Shown here: piece after piece, positions 20,016-30,484 of the stretch
Layout: each line of letters starts with the position of its first letter
Position numbering within the stretch: position 1 is the first letter of the stretch
Position numbers and translations under genes: made by a program
The notes under the pieces: model-generated
Databases searched by the model: none
The model's input: the letters and a program-made list of their open reading frames with translations, nothing else
Told to the model about the DNA's origin: nothing
Origin: a virus
Lineage: Duplodnaviria; Caudoviricetes
Length of the DNA stretch: 64,000 nucleotides
Strand: one strand, 5' to 3'
IMG/VR virus record: IMGVR_UViG_3300028549_001530
Location: 1-64,000 of that record

Positions 20016-21170
20016 ATGCCAAAGAAACTAGTAACTGAAATATTTATAGAAAAAGCCAAAAAGGTACATGGTGATAAGTACGACTATAGTAAAGTTAATT
20101 ATACAGGTGGTCATAACAAAGTAACTATCATATGCCCTATCCATGGTGAGTTTGAACAAACACCAGCTAACCACTTACAGGGTAAAGGTTGCTATAAGTG
20201 TAGAAATAATTACATTAAAAAAATTAAAATTCATTCTGTTGATCAGTTTATAGAAAAAGCCAGAAAAGTGCATGGCGATAGGTACGACTATAGTAAGGTG
20301 GTGTATGTAAACTCAAACACTAAAGTAACTATCATATGTCCTATACATGGTGAGTTTGAACAAGTCGCAAAATTACACTTAGAGGGATATGGATGTAAAG
20401 TGTGTGGTAATGATTTTGGTTCAATAAAAAGAACATTAACTACCGAAGAGTTTATAGAAAAAGCCAAAAAGGTACATGGTGATAAGTACGACTATAGTAA
20501 ACTTGTTTATATAGATCGTTGGACTAAAGTTAAAATTATATGTCCTATACATGGTGAATTTAAACAAGCACCGTATGCTCATTTAAACGGTAGTGGGTGT
20601 AGGAAATGTGGGACAGAAATAACAATAAACCTTAAACGATCTAACACACAAAAATTTATAGAAAGGGCAAAAGCTATACATGGTGACAAATATGACTATA
20701 GTAAGGCGGTGTATGTTAATAATAGAGTTAAAGTTATTATTGTATGCCCTATACATGGTGAATTTGAACAAGCACCTAATAATCATATTGAGGGACAAGG
20801 TTGTCCTATTTGTAATGCGTCTAAAGGTGAGTTAGCTATTAAAGATATATTAAATGAATGTGGTATAAAATACGTACAGCAATACATAATCCCAAACTTA
20901 GTTTGTTTTTTACGATATGACTTTTATTTACCAGAACTTAACACACTTATAGAGTTTCACGGTATACAACATTATAAATATATACCATTTTTTCACAGAA
21001 ATGGTGAAGATGACTTTTTAAAGCAAAAAAACAGAGATGATATCGTCAGAAGTAATGCTAGGCAGTTTAAGTACAGATACCTAGAGTTTAACTATACACA
21101 ACTTAAATATATGACTAAAGATAAATTTAAAAATTTAATAATAGAGAAATTAAATAACTTTAAAACTTAA
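20016..21170 (+). CDS. Free-standing homing-endonuclease-like protein, paralog of 6933-8045
   Basis: 4 Zn repeats plus a very similar C-terminal nuclease domain (ASKGELAIK...YDFY...IEFHG.QH...FLKQKNRDD). Confidence 0.82.
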   Translation: MPKKLVTEIFIEKAKKVHGDKYDYSKVNYTGGHNKVTIICPIHGEFEQTPANHLQGKGCYKCRNNYIKKIKIHSVDQFIEKARKVHGDRYDYSKVVYVNSNTKVTIICPIHGEFEQVAKLHLEGYGCKVCGNDFGSIKRTLTTEEFIEKAKKVHGDKYDYSKLVYIDRWTKVKIICPIHGEFKQAPYAHLNGSGCRKCGTEITINLKRSNTQKFIERAKAIHGDKYDYSKAVYVNNRVKVIIVCPIHGEFEQAPNNHIEGQGCPICNASKGELAIKDILNECGIKYVQQYIIPNLVCFLRYDFYLPELNTLIEFHGIQHYKYIPFFHRNGEDDFLKQKNRDDIVRSNARQFKYRYLEFNYTQLKYMTKDKFKNLIIEKLNNFKT

Positions 21171-21177
21171 GAAAGTA

Positions 21178-21210
21178 ATCCATAGCTACTTTAATAAAGT
21201 AGCTATGGAT
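21178..21210. terminator. Bidirectional terminator
   Basis: atccatagctacttt-aat-aaagtagctatggat between convergent genes. Confidence 0.75.
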
Positions 21211-21214
21211 CTTA

Positions 21215-23788
21215 TTAAAAGTTTAAATTTAAATCGTCCTCACTTGGCTCGGAACTTTCACCATCATCGGAATCTTTAGTGTCTGTGTCTGAGCTATCTG
21301 TGTTAGGACTATCAGACACAGAAGTTCCCTCAGTGTCACCAGTTATGTTTATATAGTCTTTACCAATAGCTAATTTATACTTTTGTAGCATTGCTATAAG
21401 TTTAATATTATTTCTACCTGTTATCGTTAAATGTTCGGTAATGTTAGTCAATGTTTCTTCAATTTCAGAAGGAACGTTAGATGAGATACCAAAAGCTTCT
21501 GTAAAATAATTATTATCAGTACACCATTTTCTTAACAAGTAACCACGATACACATTTTTTACGTCATCAATACTATAACCAGACTCGTTAGACATTAAAG
21601 CTAAAGCTTCATTGGATAGTGTTGAATTCATTACTTTGTCCAATCCTTCAGCATAGGTGTCAAATTCAACTGCCAAGTTAGCAAGATTAGTATTTTCTGG
21701 CCTTGGTAACTCAATTATAATTTTTTCTGAAAGAGTGTCTATAAAGGTATTTATAAAACCTTCCTGATCTTTAGCGTAGAGTTGTTTACTCTCTTCATCT
21801 AAGTTCTCTGTTAGCTCATTGATATTGTCTAAGATATCTTTCTTTAAAATAGCTCTCATGTCTTCATCGTTAAAGATCACAATACTTAAGAGTTTGTTTA
21901 CGTGTTTAATAAGCTTGTTCTGATACACTACAACGCGTTTAGAAAGCAGGATATTGTTATTGACTACAGTGGTAGCAAAATCTGGACTAAAGCCATTGTC
22001 GACTGTTTCAGGAGATAGTCCTAAAGCGATAATAGTTTGTTTGCGAAGTTCTTCTTCTAAATCAGAACTAGGAATAGTGTGTTGAATATTTGAGTTTTCA
22101 AAGTCAATCTTAACATTAGGAATAAGTGGATTATTTTCATAACTAAATTGTAAACCAGCTTTTTGAATCCAGTTAAGAAGATCTACTGGATTATTAATAC
22201 CTAGTGGAAAGTAATTTTGTCTTAGTTTAAGAACAGAGTCTTGAATCTGCTCAATAGTTTTCTCTGGGTCAGGGTCATTAGGATCTAAAGAGATATTGAC
22301 TTTAGTGACATCAATAGACTGCTTAGAGTAAGCCATAATCTTAGAAAATAGTAATATAGCTCTTAGACTAGATAACACTGAGAGGTTTTCTAATAGGGAC
22401 TTACCTATCCCTATTTCGTTATAATAGAAAGCAAAATAAACTACTAACTCTTTAGGAATAAAAAGCATGTTAGTTTTTTGGTCAGCTAATGCTCTTGTGA
22501 ACATCATAAAGTAGATCTCGTTCTTATTAGCGATTTCTACGTTAGAGCCGTATAAGCTATTCTTAATAGAGGTATAGAGTTGCTTCTCTAAAACATCTTT
22601 GTACATATCAAAGAGTTGATTCACATCTATGTTTTTAGTGCTATCAGTGACTAAGTTATTATAAGCTTTTTGCACAGGAGACAACTGTGTCATCGTAGAC
22701 ATAGACGAATTGCTATTAGAGGCTTGATTAAAGTTAGAACCTTTTAGCTCTGTACTAAGAGGTTTACCTGACTCATCTAGTAGTACAAAATAACCAATAT
22801 GACTTGTCTCGTCTCCTGGAATAAATACAGGAATAACTGACTCAGTTGGGATCTTAACCGTCATAGGTCTACCCATAGACTTACGAGTTGTATCTGACTT
22901 TTGTTTAATGAATTCAATTTCTTTGTATTGATGAGTAGAGCCTTTTTGTCGGAAAATATCAATGTAGTCCAGTTTATCTAAAGACTCTTGAGCAATGCCA
23001 ACGTTTCTCTTTAAAGCGCTTTTAATAACTGATTGGCTTAACTTGTCTTTGAGTTGTGCAAACTTAAAGATATTGACATTATCTGTAACATTGACAAAAG
23101 AGCTAGATACTAAATGTTCTACAAACTTATTACCTGTAAGACCAACCTCTTCTAGTGAGATGTTTTTTGTCACTGCTGGTTTAAGAATATTAACAGGTCG
23201 AGTGATGCTGTGCATGACTGTATCGACTTTACTCTTAAACTCCTCAGTAGAATAAGAAGGTAACAAATCTGTATTGATCAAGTCATCCACAGAAGACTCT
23301 GGTATAACCGCTAAAACATAAGCACCTGTACTAAAGAGTGCTTCTCGAATAATCTCTGGTAATTTTTCTTCTATTTCATAAGTATCATTCATGTATGTCT
23401 TGATTTTCTCAAGCATACCTGCTGTAACTATTGGGTTAATATTTAATGTTTTATCAAGTTTATAATTGAGCTGAATGTCAGTCATCTTCTTAGGGCTAAG
23501 AATAGAGCTAACTAGAATTTGAATGCTTAATTCAATATCAGGAAATAGTTTAGTGATGTTCTCGTTATTTTGTTTAAGAGACCGAATGCGCGTATAAATA
23601 GACTCTAATAATGATCTATTTATGTTTAGTCTGTCATCTTCAGAATTAAAAGGTTTAGCTTTATCTCTAACTAGCTTAGGTAAAATAGGAAGTACCTTTG
23701 GGTTAGATTCAATAATCTTACTAGCTAATAGTTTTTTGTTTTTTTTTTGATTAATAATATCAACGAGGTTATTAGGTGAAACTGGCAT
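21215..23788 (-). CDS. Portal protein (phiKZ gp129-like)
   Basis: 857 aa, LFPDIEL..QILVSSILSP, IPxESVIPV, GYFVLLDESG and GLSPETVD motifs recalled from phiKZ-like portals; synteny. Confidence 0.75.
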   Translation of the reverse strand: MPVSPNNLVDIINQKKNKKLLASKIIESNPKVLPILPKLVRDKAKPFNSEDDRLNINRSLLESIYTRIRSLKQNNENITKLFPDIELSIQILVSSILSPKKMTDIQLNYKLDKTLNINPIVTAGMLEKIKTYMNDTYEIEEKLPEIIREALFSTGAYVLAVIPESSVDDLINTDLLPSYSTEEFKSKVDTVMHSITRPVNILKPAVTKNISLEEVGLTGNKFVEHLVSSSFVNVTDNVNIFKFAQLKDKLSQSVIKSALKRNVGIAQESLDKLDYIDIFRQKGSTHQYKEIEFIKQKSDTTRKSMGRPMTVKIPTESVIPVFIPGDETSHIGYFVLLDESGKPLSTELKGSNFNQASNSNSSMSTMTQLSPVQKAYNNLVTDSTKNIDVNQLFDMYKDVLEKQLYTSIKNSLYGSNVEIANKNEIYFMMFTRALADQKTNMLFIPKELVVYFAFYYNEIGIGKSLLENLSVLSSLRAILLFSKIMAYSKQSIDVTKVNISLDPNDPDPEKTIEQIQDSVLKLRQNYFPLGINNPVDLLNWIQKAGLQFSYENNPLIPNVKIDFENSNIQHTIPSSDLEEELRKQTIIALGLSPETVDNGFSPDFATTVVNNNILLSKRVVVYQNKLIKHVNKLLSIVIFNDEDMRAILKKDILDNINELTENLDEESKQLYAKDQEGFINTFIDTLSEKIIIELPRPENTNLANLAVEFDTYAEGLDKVMNSTLSNEALALMSNESGYSIDDVKNVYRGYLLRKWCTDNNYFTEAFGISSNVPSEIEETLTNITEHLTITGRNNIKLIAMLQKYKLAIGKDYINITGDTEGTSVSDSPNTDSSDTDTKDSDDGESSEPSEDDLNLNF

Positions 23789-23881
23789 ATTAGTGTCCTT
23801 TTGTATGGTTCACAAAATTGCCTAAGAAGTATTTTTCTTTTTCCACCAATTTTCTGATGGATCTCAAAAAAGGACACTAAA

Positions 23882-26233
23882 ATGGCAATCTCTATCACTG
23901 AGAAAATACTTGGCAACAATAAAATATTAACTGACAATTATTTCACGAACACAATTAACTTAGTTAAATCAATTATTGTTGTCAACAGTACAGAAGCAGA
24001 TCTTTACAATGAATATTTATCTGTTAAGTATCCAACATTAAGTGTTGATCTTAGCGTTAGATCAACATGGAGATACTACAAACATTTAAACTCACAGTAC
24101 TACGATATTGATAAAGACATTATGCTAAGGTCTCTGGATAATGGAATGGACATTATCTTAGATAAACCAACCATTAACTTACATAAAAAATCCAAAGATG
24201 AGTTACTTAAATTTGGATTATATTATAAAGAGTTGGTTGATAAGTATCCTGAACAAGAACTTTTTATCAGAAGCTGCATAACAGAGTCACCTTACTCTAA
24301 TATACAAGAGATAATTGATCTAGATAATTATACTATTGTTAGTAGTAATTTAAGTTTAGTAGAAGAAAATGAAGATAACCTTCTTCCTAAGCTACAAAAT
24401 AAAATCACTAATTACGAAAACATATGGTTAATACCTTATTACCATGTTTCTGATAATTTATTCTTAGCTTCTCAGTATAGTACATTTTATCAATTTTTAT
24501 TTACAAGTATACTTAGTATAAGACTAGAGAACGCTAAAACGATTAACGCTCACTCTTACCATATTATAAATTACCTAGCTAGTCACCACTTTCTTGATAA
24601 GTATTACAGGTACCTAACAAGATATCAAGCACTATTTTTATATAGAAATATGCTATACCTAGATAACCATTCTGGTAAGATAGATACCTTTGAGACACTA
24701 ATTGATAAGTTATTTACACCTAGAAATATCTCTGTGGTTACTTACAACTATAAACAAAAAAACAGCGTAGATGATATTAACAATATAGAGTATAAGTTTA
24801 AACAAAAACTCCTTAACAATAAAAATCTAGTTTATTCTAACAATGATTACACTTTAAAGAATTTAGATGACAAGGTAAGAGATTTAGTTATAGGTAACCC
24901 TAGAGAAATAGACACAAGAGAAGAGTACATTTCTGATAAATTTAAAAATTCATTATTTAACTTTCTAACAACTAAAGATATAGAGTTCAGTGTTATTGAT
25001 AACACTGATAACGTTAGATATAAAATAATACCTACTATAATTGATTATTGGGCTTATTTACTTAAACAAAACAAAGTAAACTTTATATTAAGTATTGTTG
25101 ACCCAATCACTAACCAAGATTTAAGGTTAAATACCTCAGACGCTTTTAAACTATTTACTATTTTACTTTATAGAAGTAACAACAGGATTTTATATGAATT
25201 CCCGCCATACACTATTAAGCATGCGTTTCATAAAGAGTTACCTTTAACTGAAAACTTATTAAAGGTTTGCTACGATAAAAAATATTGGTATAAAGATACT
25301 ATAACTACTATTAAAAATGCTATACCAAGCTACACAACAGTTGTAACGAGTTATCAGTTTGAACAATATGTCTTTGGTATATACAAGCTTAATTTAGGCT
25401 TGTCACTCTTTCTAAATAACTTAAGTGAAAAAGATGATCATGGTCAGTTTGAGTTGATTGTAGATCGTTTAAACACGTCTGAAGATTATACCTTTAACGA
25501 TGAAACAGTAGAGCATTTCCTAGACAAAATAGGTTTAAGTGGTATAGATACCTATAACCAACAAATGCTAGAAAACTTTTGTTACAATATACTTAATAAA
25601 CTTTTTGATAGTAAACTTGATTTCATAAATAAGTATAAATATATTCAAGACGCCTTGATTGGTATTTTTGAAAAATTTAATAGTTATACTATACAGATCA
25701 TTCACAATTACTATAGCAATAGTACAGTAGTAGCTGGTCTTCGTGATACAAGATACGCTGTCAGCGAAGATATACATAACAGATATTACTACTTTAATGC
25801 ATACACTATGTCTGTTGATATGGAATATAAGATACTTGACACAACAAGTATAGATTTAAATGTCAATGGTTATTCTAGTTATAGTTATTATTGTAAAGAG
25901 ATAATTGATATTAATACAGAAATTATTACTGGGGTTAGCTACTACGATAATGTTATTATTGATTTAAATAATCGTATTATTAAAGATGTTAATACATCTA
26001 CAGATATACTTATTAAAGAATCTGTTAACTTAAACGTTAATGGTTATTACAGTTTTAGTGAGTATAGTTTTACATATGCTGATTTTAGTATTGACATCAA
26101 ATGTAACTCTAATTTATTAAATAAAGCTAGTGTTATTTTTAATACTACAACGTTAAATGATTTAGGAGATTCACAATGGCTTATTACTCAATCTAGTGAA
26201 CCAGATCTTTTGTTCTTAGCATCTAATTTATAG
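23882..26233 (+). CDS. phiKZ-like virion structural protein (putative)
   Basis: 783-aa ORF divergent from portal; WRYYKHL and YRNMLYL motifs. Confidence 0.6.
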   Translation: MAISITEKILGNNKILTDNYFTNTINLVKSIIVVNSTEADLYNEYLSVKYPTLSVDLSVRSTWRYYKHLNSQYYDIDKDIMLRSLDNGMDIILDKPTINLHKKSKDELLKFGLYYKELVDKYPEQELFIRSCITESPYSNIQEIIDLDNYTIVSSNLSLVEENEDNLLPKLQNKITNYENIWLIPYYHVSDNLFLASQYSTFYQFLFTSILSIRLENAKTINAHSYHIINYLASHHFLDKYYRYLTRYQALFLYRNMLYLDNHSGKIDTFETLIDKLFTPRNISVVTYNYKQKNSVDDINNIEYKFKQKLLNNKNLVYSNNDYTLKNLDDKVRDLVIGNPREIDTREEYISDKFKNSLFNFLTTKDIEFSVIDNTDNVRYKIIPTIIDYWAYLLKQNKVNFILSIVDPITNQDLRLNTSDAFKLFTILLYRSNNRILYEFPPYTIKHAFHKELPLTENLLKVCYDKKYWYKDTITTIKNAIPSYTTVVTSYQFEQYVFGIYKLNLGLSLFLNNLSEKDDHGQFELIVDRLNTSEDYTFNDETVEHFLDKIGLSGIDTYNQQMLENFCYNILNKLFDSKLDFINKYKYIQDALIGIFEKFNSYTIQIIHNYYSNSTVVAGLRDTRYAVSEDIHNRYYYFNAYTMSVDMEYKILDTTSIDLNVNGYSSYSYYCKEIIDINTEIITGVSYYDNVIIDLNNRIIKDVNTSTDILIKESVNLNVNGYYSFSEYSFTYADFSIDIKCNSNLLNKASVIFNTTTLNDLGDSQWLITQSSEPDLLFLASNL

Positions 26234-26242
26234 GAGTTTTTT

Positions 26243-27076
26243 ATGGAATCATTAACGAGAACTATTTTCTCAGCACATTTGCAAACTACTAAGTTACTCA
26301 ATCGTCCTTTTACTTTACTACCTAATAGTACTTTAAATCAGAAATTTAACTTATATCCTAATGAAGTTTTAGCTTCAAATCAATACCCTTTCTTAGGATA
26401 TATTGGTATTGGAAATAAAGGAGCAAGTTATGAGATGACCTCATCGGGTTATGTTTTAACTACACCTGTACCTCACCTACCAAGAGACGCAAGCCTTTAT
26501 AACTTTATTCCTTTCGTTATCAGAACTCCTGATAATGATCTATCAGCTACTGAGCGTCTTCTCTATAGAATGCGTGTACCTTTGAGTGTTGGTGGTGTAG
26601 ACTACATTGCTTATTACTTAAGAGTTTTAGATTTATCTACCGTTATTCCAACGGTAGAGCTTCGTAATGTTGATGATGGCTTAATCACAACAACTTCTTT
26701 TGAACCAGTATTATCTGATTTATCACCAACGCCACCTGTTATTGCTGCTAGCAATCTAAATAACCCTAATGGTGATTATCTAGTATCTACAGCTAAAGTT
26801 ATGTTTACTATTTCACAACAAGATGTTGGTGAAATTATGGACGCTTGTAATATTCTTTACGGAGATGTTCGTTATGCTGTTATTAACGAAATTGCTTTAT
26901 GTACTGGTGTAGATAAGATTGTACAAGGAACTTTTGGTAGCGTCACCAGTAATTACACTGATGTTATTGCAACTCAAGTTGCTGCTTATATTTCTCAATA
27001 TCACGCCTTGTCTTCTAACACAACACAAGTACAGATCGAACTAGATTTGGGTTCAGTAGAAAGCTTATTGGTTTAA
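26243..27076 (+). CDS. phiKZ-like virion structural protein (putative)
   Basis: STLNQKF, YIGIGNKG and EIALCTGVD motifs; AGGAG RBS. Confidence 0.6.
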   Translation: MESLTRTIFSAHLQTTKLLNRPFTLLPNSTLNQKFNLYPNEVLASNQYPFLGYIGIGNKGASYEMTSSGYVLTTPVPHLPRDASLYNFIPFVIRTPDNDLSATERLLYRMRVPLSVGGVDYIAYYLRVLDLSTVIPTVELRNVDDGLITTTSFEPVLSDLSPTPPVIAASNLNNPNGDYLVSTAKVMFTISQQDVGEIMDACNILYGDVRYAVINEIALCTGVDKIVQGTFGSVTSNYTDVIATQVAAYISQYHALSSNTTQVQIELDLGSVESLLV

Positions 27077-27105
27077 GTTGAGTTTGTTAAACACAGTCTA
27101 GCACT

Positions 27106-27175
27106 AATTTGCTAGACTGTGTTTTCCTTTAGTTTTCAAGAATTTGCTAGACTGTGTTTTCCTTTAGTTTTCAAG
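27106..27175. repeat. Perfect 35-bp tandem duplication of terminator 3' arm and tail
   Basis: aatttgctagactgtgttttcctttagttttcaag x2 (27106-27140, 27141-27175). Confidence 0.9.
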
Positions 27176-27247
27176 ACACTCGTTCAATAGTTTGAAGTGT
27201 ACTATAAAAGGTATCTACTAATACGCTATGAGTCAAAGGAGTTAATC

Positions 27248-27805
27248 TTGTTACTTTCTATCGACCCAGGTATTAACAATTGTGGAATTGTGGTTCTAGA
27301 TACCTCAAACCAATTCACTGTTGTTGAATCTATTCTTGTTAAAAATGCTAGAAAATTTACTGACGATGAAAAAACAATAGAAAAAGAGTACGGTACACGT
27401 GCTGTTAAAGTAGATTATATTTTAAAAGCTATTCGATCTTTATTACTCAAGTATGATATAGACACTGTTGTTGTTGAAGCTCCTTTTTATAATGCTTTAA
27501 CACCTGTTGCATATGGCTCTTTACTTGAAGTTATCTTTGCACTTAAGTATGATATTATTGTTAAAGGTAAATATATTTTTAAACTGATAGAGCCCCTTTT
27601 AGTTAAGAAAATGTTTACTAGTAAAGGTATGGCTGCTAAAGATCTTATTAAAGATTTTTTAATTAAGAAAAAAGAAGATGGTAGTATACTGATAGCAATT
27701 GATATAGACACTTTATCTGAACATGAGATAGATGCTATAGCTGTTGGTTTTGTTTATAATCTCATGTTAAAAGAAGGAAATAAAAATGTGGACAACAATT
27801 CTTAG
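27248..27805 (+). CDS. ruvC: RuvC-like Holliday junction resolvase
   Basis: LSIDPG, VVVEAPF, PxxVKK and HEIDAIAV motifs; TTG start with AAGGAG RBS. Confidence 0.88.
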   Translation: MLLSIDPGINNCGIVVLDTSNQFTVVESILVKNARKFTDDEKTIEKEYGTRAVKVDYILKAIRSLLLKYDIDTVVVEAPFYNALTPVAYGSLLEVIFALKYDIIVKGKYIFKLIEPLLVKKMFTSKGMAAKDLIKDFLIKKKEDGSILIAIDIDTLSEHEIDAIAVGFVYNLMLKEGNKNVDNNS

Positions 27806-28355
27806 TTTTATTAAGGGTAAACTGTTTTCAAATAGTGGTATATTCTTAAGTATTTTTGGTATTCTTTTTATTTTATTTTTATACTCTAATAGTAATGTCG
27901 TTCTTAGTAAGTTTGGGTTTGAGACAACAACTACTCTGAAATCTCAGCTCACTAAAGCACAAGCTGATTTGGTTACATTGAAGTCAGTAAACGATGACTT
28001 AAATAATACTATAAAACAACTCAACGATAATCACGCTAGAGATATTAAAGCTATGAATGAACTTCAAGTTAATAAGGAAATATCAAAGGAAGTTATTACT
28101 TTTGTTACTCGTAAGAAAAAGGATGTAGAAAATAAGGTAGAAAAGTCTTTAAACGACAATTCTATTTACACCTTAACAACTGTCACACTTCCTTTAAAAG
28201 AAGTTAATGAACTCTCTTCTAATAACATCAATAGTTTAAATGAAACTTATACTAAATTGTTCGAGAAAGATTTAAAAATGAGTGAAACTGTGTCAGACGT
28301 TAGTCCTGATATATTTAAACAAGACCTTCAACAAACTGAGATACTATCATGTTAA
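27786..28355 (+). CDS. Putative inner-membrane spanin (Rz-like)
   Basis: N-terminal TM helix then coiled coil; overlaps a downstream lipoprotein gene. Confidence 0.65.
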   Translation: MWTTILSFIKGKLFSNSGIFLSIFGILFILFLYSNSNVVLSKFGFETTTTLKSQLTKAQADLVTLKSVNDDLNNTIKQLNDNHARDIKAMNELQVNKEISKEVITFVTRKKKDVENKVEKSLNDNSIYTLTTVTLPLKEVNELSSNNINSLNETYTKLFEKDLKMSETVSDVSPDIFKQDLQQTEILSC

Positions 28356-28654
28356 AATTTAAATTCCTTTTATTATTTAGCTTTTCTTTGTTTTTAAGTG
28401 GATGTACAAGCGGTCCTAAGCTTAACAGTATTGATGTAGTAAAAACTGAAATAGTGTACGTTACTATACCGGACAATATTTTAGCTGAATGTATTCCGGA
28501 AAAGCCTATTGAATTAGAATCTTATTTACAGCTTACTTTACCTAAAAGAGAATCTTATTTAACAGACTATTCTATATCGTTATTAGGAACTTTAAAGACA
28601 TGTAATTTACAATTAGAACAAGCAAGATCTTTAAATAAAAAACCTAAAGACTAA
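28349..28654 (+). CDS. Putative outer-membrane spanin lipoprotein (Rz1-like)
   Basis: Signal peptide with lipobox LSG-C, two further Cys. Confidence 0.7.
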   Translation: MLKFKFLLLFSFSLFLSGCTSGPKLNSIDVVKTEIVYVTIPDNILAECIPEKPIELESYLQLTLPKRESYLTDYSISLLGTLKTCNLQLEQARSLNKKPKD

Positions 28655-28671
28655 GTTAAAAAGAGGCTAAT

Positions 28672-29655
28672 ATGTCAACAGTTACTTTTCAATATTCATT
28701 AGCTAATACATCAGGTTATAAATTCAATATCACTAAAATCGGTTTTAATAATTACGATGACCTAGCCTATTACAATAAAGAAAATTTTCCTGATATTGAA
28801 ATAACTAGACCAGCAACAGATACAGATTTAAAGTCTCTTGATAGTAAAGCTTTAATAACTGTTAATGGTTACGTACACAATACAACTGTTATAGAAAATA
28901 GACTTTATGTCGCTAACGCCACTAAAAGTATGTTAAGGTCTAGAGAAAATAACATAGGTATTTTTAGTTTTAACAGTCTGCCTGGGGTGTTAACTAAGAC
29001 TCCTATCACTGCTGATATGATTACACCAGAGGCACCTTTTACCCTATATGAAAAAGCAGTCATCACCTTTAACTCTCCTGTTAATTGTCCTATTCTTGTT
29101 GTTTGTGGTTACCTTATATTTGAAAACCCAGAAGTTTTCTATAGAGTTTCTCCTAACGCATATGTACTTAGAATGGATAAAATCAATTATATAGAGAAAC
29201 TCTATGAATTAAAAAGGAGTAGGGATATTTTCACTGAGTTAGATATTCCTATTTCACCTAATAATGTAAGCATGATAGATGCTAATACAGTTAGGTCTGA
29301 GGTAGCTATTACTAAATTCTTAACTACGTTTAATTCATTTTTAGTAGACTTACCTGTTAACAACCTATCAGTAGATAGAGTCTATCTTGAGCATAGCAAT
29401 ATACCAGGAAACTTTAGAACTGAGCTTGAACCAACACTACCAATTATGGTAGGATATGGTAAACTAGCAGAATATAGTAAAAGAAAAACTACAGAAAATA
29501 AATACACTGTTTATGTCAATGACGCTTACTATAATAAACATTTATTTTCTAATACTAGTTATGGTAATATAAATGTTTATAATGACCATAGGCAAGTTGG
29601 AAGTACTTATGCCTTGACTCAAGCATTTTTCTTAAAAGTGTCAACAACAATTTAA
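28672..29655 (+). CDS. Conserved jumbo-phage protein, probably structural
   Basis: 327-aa ORF with RBS; terminator at 29661-29690. Confidence 0.5.
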   Translation: MSTVTFQYSLANTSGYKFNITKIGFNNYDDLAYYNKENFPDIEITRPATDTDLKSLDSKALITVNGYVHNTTVIENRLYVANATKSMLRSRENNIGIFSFNSLPGVLTKTPITADMITPEAPFTLYEKAVITFNSPVNCPILVVCGYLIFENPEVFYRVSPNAYVLRMDKINYIEKLYELKRSRDIFTELDIPISPNNVSMIDANTVRSEVAITKFLTTFNSFLVDLPVNNLSVDRVYLEHSNIPGNFRTELEPTLPIMVGYGKLAEYSKRKTTENKYTVYVNDAYYNKHLFSNTSYGNINVYNDHRQVGSTYALTQAFFLKVSTTI

Positions 29656-29810
29656 GTTACACATACCCCACAGTTTACTGTGGGGTATGTTAATTTTTTG
29701 AACATTTAAAGGAGATTTAAAATGGCCACTAGTAATAAAATACTAAAAGTACAGCTGGTGGATTTAGTCCACCAGCTGTACTTACTCTTGTTTTGGGATA
29801 CTATTCAGTA

Positions 29811-29829
29811 ACATATATATTAATTGTGA
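29811..29829 (+). promoter_or_regulatory. Phage early-type promoter motif
   Basis: ACATATATATTAATTGTGA. Confidence 0.65.
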
Positions 29830-29933
29830 CCTTAGTACTGATTACATTTTTTACTCTGGTTCACATACCTTGGTTGCATTCTAAGTAACCTTATGTTTCT
29901 TGTAATTTTTACATTCCTCAATAGGAGAAAACC

Positions 29934-30419
29934 ATGTCAGTCAATTTTAAATCTGAAAATATCGCTAAGTATAAAGAACTCTCGGACAGTATCAAAGATA
30001 CTTTAGAAGTTAATGATGCTACGATTAAAGAGAAAGAACCACATTCAGCTTATTATAGCAACTTGCCAGAAGACATCAGCAAAAAGCAAGTAGAAGAACT
30101 TGCTAAATATAACAGCAAATTTGTTACAGCTACACACGTAGCTGTAGGTGAACTTGCTGCTGATATTTTCAAAGGTAAAAAGTCAATTGAAACAGTGGAA
30201 GCTGAGGTAGGTTATTTCGGTAAAGCTGATTCTATTAGCGTTAGTGTGGTTCGTAGTAAGACATATCAGAATCATCTCGCTAAAGAAGAAGCTGACAAAG
30301 AAGTCACCAAGCAACTTGTTATGCAGACAACTGTTACATCACAGTCCGCTAAAGGTTATGGTCTTAAAGCTGTTCGTGAGTCGATGTCTGAGGAGTTTGC
30401 TGGTATGTTTAAAAAGTAA
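29934..30419 (+). CDS. Conserved jumbo-phage hypothetical protein
   Basis: AGGAG RBS, high-expression-like codons. Confidence 0.7.
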   Translation: MSVNFKSENIAKYKELSDSIKDTLEVNDATIKEKEPHSAYYSNLPEDISKKQVEELAKYNSKFVTATHVAVGELAADIFKGKKSIETVEAEVGYFGKADSISVSVVRSKTYQNHLAKEEADKEVTKQLVMQTTVTSQSAKGYGLKAVRESMSEEFAGMFKK

Positions 30420-30484
30420 ACTTCTTCAATAAAAGTACCACCCTCAATCACTAAAGGGTGGTACTTTCTAAAAAGGAGTTTATT

